64,000 nt of DNA, from IMG/VR virus record IMGVR_UViG_3300035698_018475, positions 60,323 through 124,322 of that record, one strand, 5' to 3'. The position numbers and the translations under genes are program-made. The stretch's first letter is position 1; each line of letters begins with the position of its first letter. Source of the stretch: a virus. Shown piece by piece: positions 56,494 to 64,000 of the stretch. The notes beneath the pieces are model-generated. The model was given only the letters and a program-made list of their open reading frames with translations. It did not search any database and was not told the origin of the DNA.

Positions 56494-57897
56494 CTAATCT
56501 CCATCATCTTGATCATCATCTTCATTTTTCTTCTTCTTCTTCCCATCTTGGGGAAACCACGAATCGGTACAGAATTGTCCAATATCCAGATTCTGTTTAA
56601 TCATACATCCTCTACCTTGTTGAACGGATCTACCACCCAGGATCCAGACTCTCATCTCTTCTTGCCGTTCTTGATGTTCGGTGTTAGATATTGCCAGGAC
56701 CATATCCACATTTCCCAGTTTTCTTATATCTTCGGCAAAGTCCGATTGTTTTAACACAGCTTTTTGTAAGGCACTTCTTGTAGCTTGACTGACGCAGACT
56801 GTTAGTATATTTCTTTCGTCTGCTATTTTCTTATGATCTATGTATATTTTGTTGATCTCTTCTCTTCTGTTTGAGGTGGATATGGACATGATATCCGGGT
56901 AATCATTGATAAGCATATCTGGGATAAAGTTATGGTAAGTCTCCAGATAATTCAAATACCTTTCAATTTCCATCATAGTACAAGTACCCATAGGATACTT
57001 CTTAATTATTAGTCTTCCACCAAACCTTTTCCAAGTCTTTCTCACTCTTTTCACTTCTTGGGCATTATATATGGATTTAACTTTTATTGTTTTTTGTCTA
57101 CAGATGGATCCTTTGTCCGTCATTTCTGTTATTTTAATAGAATTAACACCTTCGTTGTCCACCAGTCCACCTAACATCCTGTCATATCTTTCCTCAACCT
57201 CTTCTTGTTTCATTTCATGGGATATATGAAGAACATTCATACTTCTAAGTAGAGTGTGTTTTGCCAAGTGACCTACACACCAACTCTTTTTACCCTTGTA
57301 TCCCCCTAACACACAAATAAACCAACCTCTTTTCAATCCTCCCCTTAGAAGTAGATCTATCTTTTCTATCCCAGTGGGGAATAATACTTCCCCCAAATCA
57401 GTGTGGTAATAGGTTGGAGTATCATTCTCAAAGTACTCCAACCCCAGATTTTCTTGTTCTACCCCTGCACGAAGTGCTTCATGCATTAAGTACCGGGCTT
57501 CCTGGAACTTCCCTTTATCAACCAGTTTCACAAAATCTACCGCAGCCTCTTCAAAAGTCCTGGCCCGGACAAAATCTGATATTGTGTGTAGTACATAGTC
57601 AACATTTGGTGGATCCAGGGAAGCTATTTTCTTGATATAATCTGTATAGAGTTTGCGGTCTTCCGGGTCTTTACTTTTTATTCTCCGGAATAGTTCATCA
57701 TGAAGATGATTCTCCGGGGCTTTCTCAAACTGGTCAAAATAGTTATAGCACAGAGTAACAATAGTTGCAGTTACTTCAGAAGTAAAGTAATTGCTGGGTA
57801 CCGAACCCCTGACCAGTTTCAGGAATTCCTTGCTCATTACTGCCAGGTGTACAAAGCAGTCTTGAATATGTTGGTTAATTACTGATTGTTGTGCCAT
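56494..57897 (-). CDS. Replicative SF4 helicase (DnaB / T4 gp41-like) with atypical Walker A
   Basis: FPTGIEKID, LGGYKGKKS, ISHEM, INDYPD, SQATR. Confidence 0.75.
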   Translation of the reverse strand: MAQQSVINQHIQDCFVHLAVMSKEFLKLVRGSVPSNYFTSEVTATIVTLCYNYFDQFEKAPENHLHDELFRRIKSKDPEDRKLYTDYIKKIASLDPPNVDYVLHTISDFVRARTFEEAAVDFVKLVDKGKFQEARYLMHEALRAGVEQENLGLEYFENDTPTYYHTDLGEVLFPTGIEKIDLLLRGGLKRGWFICVLGGYKGKKSWCVGHLAKHTLLRSMNVLHISHEMKQEEVEERYDRMLGGLVDNEGVNSIKITEMTDKGSICRQKTIKVKSIYNAQEVKRVRKTWKRFGGRLIIKKYPMGTCTMMEIERYLNYLETYHNFIPDMLINDYPDIMSISTSNRREEINKIYIDHKKIADERNILTVCVSQATRSALQKAVLKQSDFAEDIRKLGNVDMVLAISNTEHQERQEEMRVWILGGRSVQQGRGCMIKQNLDIGQFCTDSWFPQDGKKKKKNEDDDQDDGD

Positions 57898-57902
57898 TAG
57901 AG

Positions 57903-58481
57903 TTATGTTCCTCTATTTATTTGGAACTTACTTTTATCTCGTACTAATGTATAATAAGTTATACTTCTTCCACCCCCAAAACTTTCGATATCATGCAGAT
58001 ATTTTTCTTCTTTAAGAACTATAGTAAATCCTTCTTTCAATAACCGGTTAGTAATATATTGGTGATGTTCTTCGTTCGATACTTTTAAGAAGTTACAATT
58101 GTCAGATATTTCTTTTCCCGATCTTTGCTTTATCTCAGTTTGGTATACTACAAAGCGAAGCAGATCTTTTTTCTTGCGGTGGTAGAAGAAAACAATTCTT
58201 TTACCTATTTTTTTCTTTTGTGTGGTAGTTCCATCATAAGTTGAAAATTTATCTGTATCTTTGTATTCTTCATCACTTTCTTCCAAGTAAAAGGTTGTGG
58301 TAACTATATAATTACCATTACATACTTCTCTTCCAATTCTGGAGAAACATTTTTGTATGTTTTCTATAGTATGGTGTTTCTGACTCGTAAAAAGTTTACC
58401 TAACCAACTTCTTGGATCTTTCATAGTTTGTAGTTCTTGTAGTAGTTTCTTATTATCAGCAAAGCATCTATCTGTTATCAT
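57903..58481 (-). CDS. Hypothetical protein
   Basis: ORF in operon. Confidence 0.55.
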   Translation of the reverse strand: MITDRCFADNKKLLQELQTMKDPRSWLGKLFTSQKHHTIENIQKCFSRIGREVCNGNYIVTTTFYLEESDEEYKDTDKFSTYDGTTTQKKKIGKRIVFFYHRKKKDLLRFVVYQTEIKQRSGKEISDNCNFLKVSNEEHHQYITNRLLKEGFTIVLKEEKYLHDIESFGGGRSITYYTLVRDKSKFQINRGT

Positions 58482-58482
58482 A

Positions 58483-59136
58483 TTATTCTCCTTTATCTAA
58501 AGTAACTGCCAAACTCAGTAATTCATCTTTTACTAATTTACTGAGAGTATAGTCCATTAAATACTTGAGAGTGTACTTCTTACCCTCCGGGCGTGGACTT
58601 TTAGAGAATAAGATTTCTATATCTTCCCTTGTAGTATACCAATTACAGCAGTTTATTACTGTTACATGATGAACATTTAGTAACATTCCTATTTTGGGGT
58701 AAGATAAGTTGTAGTAATTTCTTAGTATGTAGCATAGTATGGATCTTAAAGCGACCACTTTATCAGACTTTATTGTGTGTCTAGTGTAGGTGGGTGGGAC
58801 AATATGGTCTTCCGGTACTCCAGTAAGTTGATTGAGATAGGAAAGTACATGTTTTATTATCTTCTGATACTTTTTAGAATGTGCATATCTAAATATCTCA
58901 TTAGGTATTCTACTTTGCATGTTGTTCACAACTTCTTCTAATTTGGGATCTTCATTTAATACAACCTTTTTTTCTGGTAGTAGTATTTTGCTAAGTTTTG
59001 GGACTTCTTCCTCAGGGAGAACTATTGATAAGTGCTCATTTTGATACTCAAGAAATAGCTGTAACTTTTCATTTTTAAGTCTCCGTACTCTTAGAGTAGC
59101 CCCACTGGTAAAATTATATTCCAAAATAGAAGACAT
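58483..59136 (-). CDS. Protein with a DnaA C-terminal-like HTH domain
   Basis: VALRSILCYILRNYYNLSYPKIGMLLNVHHVTVIN matches the DnaA domain IV pattern. Confidence 0.65.
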   Translation of the reverse strand: MSSILEYNFTSGATLRVRRLKNEKLQLFLEYQNEHLSIVLPEEEVPKLSKILLPEKKVVLNEDPKLEEVVNNMQSRIPNEIFRYAHSKKYQKIIKHVLSYLNQLTGVPEDHIVPPTYTRHTIKSDKVVALRSILCYILRNYYNLSYPKIGMLLNVHHVTVINCCNWYTTREDIEILFSKSPRPEGKKYTLKYLMDYTLSKLVKDELLSLAVTLDKGE

Positions 59137-59332
59137 AACTACACTCTCCTCTGAATTCCTTATTTTTCAGTAAAATCCAATTTGAGTTATGAAACCCTTC
59201 CTGCATACCTAAATTTCTCTCTTATTCCGTTCTATTTCTCTCTATCTCGGTCATACAATATATATTCATCCTATTTAGGCCAGAATCTCTTATGCAAGAT
59301 CCTGGGAGATCCTTGGCGTTTTCCTTATTTTC

Positions 59333-60730
59333 TTAAAAATAATTTTCATCCACATATTTGGAGAATAAATTTCTCCATGTGCCTTTCGAACTTATGTGTG
59401 TTGTGTCTACTACCCTAGCATGATCCTCAATTTTACGCGACTCTAGGTAATCGAGGAATAAATCTATGGTCTTGCCCATAGAAACTGTATTTGGTTTCAT
59501 CTTCTTGTCGTAGTATATTTGGATTTTATCTGCAGCTTCTACTAATGCTTGATCTCTGTTTGAGTCTTCCCCAGGAATGTACTTCCCACTTCTTGTGAAT
59601 CTTTCGGAAAATGCGGCTCCCAGTCTTTGTGCTAATTTACTACTCTTGAATTTTCTGGTATAAGTGACTCCTGTCGATTCATCCATTCTTATCGCTAATT
59701 GATCAAATTGTTGTCTCAACTTATTAGTGGAGAGAATATTACCACGCCAAAAGTTGTCTTTTTGGCACCACTCTATTACATCAAGGATTTCCATTGGGTC
59801 CCTCTTATCTACTCTAAGCATAAGATCCACTGCTTCACTCCACTTTTGTAAATCGGGGAATTTGGTGTTTGGTCGATTTTTCTTAATCAAATGGAACAAA
59901 TGTTCAGCAAGTTGATACTCATCGTCTTTACGGGAAAACTTCTTCCCTCCCGAGGATTTTCCTCCTAAAGTATCATAATCTCCCAAAACCAAAATTCTTG
60001 TTCCAAATAACTCATAAAACTTCTGGAACCTAATAGCTCTATTATCATTATTATTATCTATATCAATATATAACTCTATTGGAACAAAAAGATAATATAA
60101 TATATAAACATCGTCGGATTTTAGATTCTGGAATAGATTCTTAAATCTGTTGCAAAAGTCTTGGTTTTTGAACTGTAATAAGGGTGGAAGTGGATTTTCG
60201 CTGAAGTAAGAGTTTTCTGGAGATTCCAGTTTCTTACTAGGGTTTTCACCCTCGGATTCCAGATTCTGGAAAGGGACTTCTAATAATGCCCGTAGTTCTG
60301 GAGGTATTTCTCCACCCACACAAACTATATTTTCCTCACTTTTTATTTTTGTAACAGTCACTTTTTGGAGACTTTCAAAGAAGGTTTTCATGTCTTCTTG
60401 TAGTTCTAATCTTTCAGAATTTTTGTAGGAGAATATACTATAAAAAAGGTTTTGTTTCTCATACTGATTTTTAGTAATGAAGCATAGTTTATATTTTACC
60501 CTGCTTATAGGAATTGCTATTGGTATAAGATATTCTATCTTTATCAGTTTACGTATACCTTTATATATAGTAGTCAAACATTCTTTAGTAAATATACTAA
60601 GTTCTTTAGTAGTTATTGATTCTTTTCTTTTATGGTTTAAGAGGTATTCTATTAGTTGAATCAACTTAAGTTCTAAGCTGTTAATCTTATTATTTAGTAC
60701 TAGTTGTCGTATAGTTTTAAGATTTTCCAT
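59333..60730 (-). CDS. Replication initiator (lambda O-like C-terminal domain, N-terminal HTH)
   Basis: PDLQKWSEAVDLM...WCQKDNFWRGNILSTNKLRQQFDQL. Confidence 0.7.
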   Translation of the reverse strand: MENLKTIRQLVLNNKINSLELKLIQLIEYLLNHKRKESITTKELSIFTKECLTTIYKGIRKLIKIEYLIPIAIPISRVKYKLCFITKNQYEKQNLFYSIFSYKNSERLELQEDMKTFFESLQKVTVTKIKSEENIVCVGGEIPPELRALLEVPFQNLESEGENPSKKLESPENSYFSENPLPPLLQFKNQDFCNRFKNLFQNLKSDDVYILYYLFVPIELYIDIDNNNDNRAIRFQKFYELFGTRILVLGDYDTLGGKSSGGKKFSRKDDEYQLAEHLFHLIKKNRPNTKFPDLQKWSEAVDLMLRVDKRDPMEILDVIEWCQKDNFWRGNILSTNKLRQQFDQLAIRMDESTGVTYTRKFKSSKLAQRLGAAFSERFTRSGKYIPGEDSNRDQALVEAADKIQIYYDKKMKPNTVSMGKTIDLFLDYLESRKIEDHARVVDTTHISSKGTWRNLFSKYVDENYF

Positions 60731-60885
60731 CTTTTACTTATACTTAAACCTTTCATATATATAATATACTCCGATCAAGAAGTAAATTTTCGGAATTTTC
60801 CATATTTTCCTGGGAATTTATTTTACAAGAGAGTATATTATAAATGTAAGGTTACCAGTACCTTATTTATAAGGAGTATAGTTAT

Positions 60886-61650
60886 ATGGAACCCACTCTC
60901 AATATCTACAGTATCTATAACTCTATAGATGGGGAGGTCAACGGTTTTGGTGGTATAGGGGAATTAACTACTTTCATCCGTTTTCAGGGGTGTAATTGTC
61001 GATGTGCCTATTGCGACACCAAGTATGCACAAGAAGTAGAAGCAGATTCTCCTGAATCTTTAGGGTGGAAGAGTATTCCAGACATTATAAGTATGGTTAC
61101 TTTACCAAAAGTAACTATCACTGGGGGTGAACCTTTGATGCAGATGGAAGGTTTTACTCTTCTGGTCAAGGAGTTACTTAAGAGAGAGAAGAGGGTAACA
61201 GTAGAGACCAATGGTACTTATAGGTTTCCTTTCGATCCTCTCAAGCACTCTTTAGGGTATGCTCTAAGATATGTGGTGGATTATAAACTACCAGAAGAAG
61301 GTAAAGAATCTAATTTTAATTTTCAGAATTTACTTTTTATGAGGGAAATGCAGGATGTATTAAAGTTTGTCATTCGGGATAGAGAGGACTATGATACAGC
61401 AGTGGAGATAGTTCAGCAGTATGAGCTTAGTTGTAAGGTGGCGTTTAGTCCCATGTTTTCTATGCATAATGTGGATTCCAATATTTATGATCATGTACAA
61501 GGATTGGATGTAACTCCTGTTGCTTATTGTGTCCCTCAACTGGCAAATTGGATTATTGAAGATAGTTCTAAGGAAGCGTTTCCCAAAAATATTTGTTTTA
61601 GTTTACAGTTACATAAGATATTGTGGCCCGATTCGGGGGAAGAACATTAG
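60886..61650 (+). CDS. queE: 7-carboxy-7-deazaguanine synthase (radical SAM)
   Basis: SIDGE, FIRFQGCNCRCAYCDT, ITGGEP, VETNG, QLHK. Confidence 0.9.
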   Translation: MEPTLNIYSIYNSIDGEVNGFGGIGELTTFIRFQGCNCRCAYCDTKYAQEVEADSPESLGWKSIPDIISMVTLPKVTITGGEPLMQMEGFTLLVKELLKREKRVTVETNGTYRFPFDPLKHSLGYALRYVVDYKLPEEGKESNFNFQNLLFMREMQDVLKFVIRDREDYDTAVEIVQQYELSCKVAFSPMFSMHNVDSNIYDHVQGLDVTPVAYCVPQLANWIIEDSSKEAFPKNICFSLQLHKILWPDSGEEH

Positions 61651-61668
61651 TCGAAAGGAGATTCAGTC

Positions 61669-62250
61669 ATGGGTAAGAAACCAGTAACAAACGATGCCGG
61701 GAAAGATGATGACAAATGTGATGTTTTTGGTGAAGAGTTCGATCCAAAATCAAAGGAGTGTCAGGATTGTAAGAAGGAGTATCCCAAGGAGTACGAACAG
61801 TGTGAGAAACTAACTGTTCAGAAGAAAAAGGAAGCTGACGAGAAGAAGAAGGTCGACGAGAAGAAAAAGGCTGGCAAGAAGAAAGCGGCTACCAAAAAGT
61901 CTGGGGATAATAAAGGGGAGGACAAACCAGAGGAAGCTCCTACAGAAGAGCCACCGAAGGATGAAACAAAGGAGCCGGAAGAGGGGAAGCCGGAAGAGGG
62001 GAAAAAGGTCAAGAAAAAGAATGCCCCTAAGATTCGTGATTACTGTAGGAAGTTGATCAAGGACGGTAAGAGTAAGGAAGAGGTACTTACAGCACTTGTT
62101 GTTGAGTATATTGCTATTGGTAGGGATGAAAAGTATGCCGCTGCCCGATCCAAGGTGATATATAGTTCTGTGGCCGAACCGGAAGCTCCTCCCCCAGAAG
62201 AGTCGAAAGGCAGGAGGGAAGGGTCAGAGGATCCCGAGAAGACTGACTAA
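61669..62250 (+). CDS. Lys/Glu-rich low-complexity protein with an N-terminal Cys cluster
   Basis: CDVFGEEFD...CQDC...C; KE-rich linker; AAAGGAG RBS. Confidence 0.6.
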   Translation: MGKKPVTNDAGKDDDKCDVFGEEFDPKSKECQDCKKEYPKEYEQCEKLTVQKKKEADEKKKVDEKKKAGKKKAATKKSGDNKGEDKPEEAPTEEPPKDETKEPEEGKPEEGKKVKKKNAPKIRDYCRKLIKDGKSKEEVLTALVVEYIAIGRDEKYAAARSKVIYSSVAEPEAPPPEESKGRREGSEDPEKTD

Positions 62251-62270
62251 GTAAGTAAAAGAAAGTTCTA

Positions 62271-63422
62271 ATGAAATTTTTGAAGTGCATATACATAGCC
62301 TCTCTGCACTCTTTGTACAACAGAGAAGAGTGGAAGGAGTGGTTACAGGATCTTAATAGTACCGGGACTTCCAAAATAGTAGCTTTAGAATCATTTTGGA
62401 ATTCTGGGTTGGACAAACTATTAGATGCTAATCCTGATATATCTTTGTTTCTTGATTCTGGTGCTTTTGGTTTATTGAATGCACAGACAAAACCTCAATC
62501 AAAAAAGGGTGGTGATAAGACTGTAGAGATAGGTAGAGAAGATTATCTGGCATTGGATTCAAATACCAGGATAGCCCATGCATCAAAGAAGTTCTGGAGG
62601 AGTGGTGCAAAGGCAGATAAGCGGGGTGCAGAGAGAAGTGGGTTGTCCCGATTGGTTAAGTCTGTGGATTTCTCACAGAAGAAAGAAGTTAAAGACTATC
62701 TTGAGCGTTATATCACCTTTTGTCATAAGTATAAGAAGCAGTTGATTACCTATGTCAATCTGGATATCATATTTAACGCCAAGGCAACTTGGGAAAATCA
62801 GAAGTATATGGAGTCCTGTGGGTTACATCCACTACCGGTATTTCACTTTGGGGAAGACTTTAAGTGGTTGAAGAAGTATGTGGATAATTATGAGCATATT
62901 GGTGTAGGTGGGTTAGGATCAAGTGTTACAAAGAAACAATACTTTGAAGCCTTTGGAGATCAATGCTTCCAGATAATTTGTAGTGGTGGTCCAATCCCGA
63001 AGGTTCATGGTTTTGCAACTACTTCTTTTGATCTGATGAGGCGTTACCCATTTTTCAGTGTCGATTCGGCGACGTGGGCAAAAGCTGCGGCTTATGGTAG
63101 GGTCATGGTTCCCAACTATAATGATTTTACGGGGGAGTTTATTTTTAAGCAACCAGTGACTTTAGAAATATCTGGGATGTCCAAAAGTGGTGTAGTGAAG
63201 TTTGAGACCGGGGATAACAAACTAAGAGCTAGGTTGAAAAGTAAGACGGCATTGGATTATCTAGATAAGTATTTCAAGTTGGTGGGGGTGGATAAGCAGA
63301 AGTTGGTTGAGGGATACTTGGAGAGAAGGAAGTTGAATGTCTATTTCTTCAAGAGATGTCAAGAGGAGAGTTTTGATATAGATACTAATGTTTTTATGTC
63401 ACGTTCAGGGAGTTTCTTTTAG
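62271..63422 (+). CDS. dpdA: DpdA-like DNA 7-deazaguanine transglycosylase (TGT fold)
   Basis: LFLDSGAF, NLD, PLPVFH, GVGG, VHGF, SVDSATW. Confidence 0.8.
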   Translation: MKFLKCIYIASLHSLYNREEWKEWLQDLNSTGTSKIVALESFWNSGLDKLLDANPDISLFLDSGAFGLLNAQTKPQSKKGGDKTVEIGREDYLALDSNTRIAHASKKFWRSGAKADKRGAERSGLSRLVKSVDFSQKKEVKDYLERYITFCHKYKKQLITYVNLDIIFNAKATWENQKYMESCGLHPLPVFHFGEDFKWLKKYVDNYEHIGVGGLGSSVTKKQYFEAFGDQCFQIICSGGPIPKVHGFATTSFDLMRRYPFFSVDSATWAKAAAYGRVMVPNYNDFTGEFIFKQPVTLEISGMSKSGVVKFETGDNKLRARLKSKTALDYLDKYFKLVGVDKQKLVEGYLERRKLNVYFFKRCQEESFDIDTNVFMSRSGSFF

Positions 63423-63850
63423 TGGTGTATGTGAAAGTAAAGATTAGAGATTCTAGTGGAGTATGGGAAGAGGAATTGCCCGTATCTTCTGTTGAGAGTG
63501 CCGAAAAAGAAGTAAGAGAACTACTTAAGAGGTTTAATGAAGAAGAGGTATGTCGTTATGGAGAAGAAAAAGCTAAGGGACGTTTACGTAGTTTTATAGG
63601 TATTGTAGGTAATAATGAAAGTAAACCTCACAATTGGTATAGAACAAATTCTTTTTGTGATAAGAATAGTAACAATACTTATATTTGTACTGTTTGTGGT
63701 TTGATGTGTAAACAGATTGGTCCTCCGAGTTTGGGTAAGTGTTTTCCTAAACGAACTTGTAAAATATGTAATAAGGTTCTTACAAGTGAAAGAAAATATG
63801 AACGTCATTTGGAATCAAAAAGTCATAAACAGAAGAGGGATGGTATATGA
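63422..63850 (+). CDS. Hypothetical protein with a C-terminal C2H2 (U1/matrin-like) zinc finger
   Basis: CTVC and CKICNKVLTSERKYERHLESKSH. Confidence 0.55.
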   Translation: MVYVKVKIRDSSGVWEEELPVSSVESAEKEVRELLKRFNEEEVCRYGEEKAKGRLRSFIGIVGNNESKPHNWYRTNSFCDKNSNNTYICTVCGLMCKQIGPPSLGKCFPKRTCKICNKVLTSERKYERHLESKSHKQKRDGI

Positions 63851-63861
63851 TGATTAAATAT

Positions 63862-63968
63862 GGCCCCGTGGCGGAATAGGTAGATGCTTGGTAACTTTAC
63901 GGCCTCCTCCCCAAAAGGGAAGGTAAGTCCTTAATGTGATGTTGCAGGTTCGAATCCTGCCGGGGCCT
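63862..63968 (+). tRNA. Non-canonical tRNA-Leu(CAA)-like gene (107 nt)
   Basis: Perfect acceptor GGCCCCG/CGGGGCC, T arm GCAGG-TTCGAAT-CCTGC, class II D arm GCGGAATAGGTAGATGC; 56 nt between D and T arms. Confidence 0.6.
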
Positions 63969-64000
63969 TTGGCTGCTGGGAAAATCAAGCCAATGTTGAC

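Noticed and set aside
478-63808. Numerous short overlapping antisense or alternate-frame ORFs in the track (e.g. 478-711, 2991-3452, 6880-7254, 35140-35589, 45965-46456, 52602-52943)
   Set aside because: They lie wholly within well-supported genes, lack RBSs and recognisable motifs, and are treated as shadow ORFs.
63889-63906. Ochre/amber suppressor anticodon (CT-TTA) in the tRNA-like gene
   Set aside because: No 5-bp stem closes this loop and position 37 would be C; the CAA loop fits better.
1-64000. Genome-wide stop codon reassignment (TAG or TGA)
   Set aside because: Coding density is high under code 11. Many intact genes end in TAG (812, 5561, 6852, 8087, 14679) or in ATGA overlaps, and only two internal stops were found.

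Overview
This window is a fragment of a large, AT-rich lytic myophage genome (standard genetic code, AGGAG-type RBSs, bacterial host). It has four blocks. (1) 1-14 kb, + strand: an HNH endonuclease, then a T4-like contractile tail and baseplate module (gp19-like tube, tube paralogs, chaperone, tape measure with an internal TAG, gp53, hub, spike, PAAR, gp25, gp6, wedge and fibre genes). (2) 14-38.6 kb, + strand: a roughly 24.5 kb glycosylation island with about 16 glycosyltransferase-like genes, 9 of them a tandem paralog family showing patchwork identity. It also holds a Gmd-like dehydratase, a TPP-dependent E1 alpha/beta pair, an atypical SDR, two GDP-fucose-synthase-like enzymes, an RmlC-like epimerase, two SAM methyltransferases and a B12 radical SAM enzyme. 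No flippase, polymerase or exporter is present, so the target is probably cytoplasmic (virion protein or DNA). (3) 38.6-60.7 kb, - strand: early/accessory genes behind four sigma70-type promoters that share an internal palindrome. These include a sigma factor, a stand-alone GGDEF protein, DUF932, a SLOG protein, a secreted dockerin-like/DPN-repeat protein and a structured boxA-containing leader. Next come folE, a MazG-like enzyme, primase, an SNF2 helicase, a DnaB/gp41-like helicase, a DnaA-CTD protein and a lambda-O-like initiator. (4) 60.9-64 kb, + strand: queE and dpdA (7-deazaguanine DNA modification) and a non-canonical tRNA-Leu-like gene. All product calls come from motif recognition by eye; no database searches were run.
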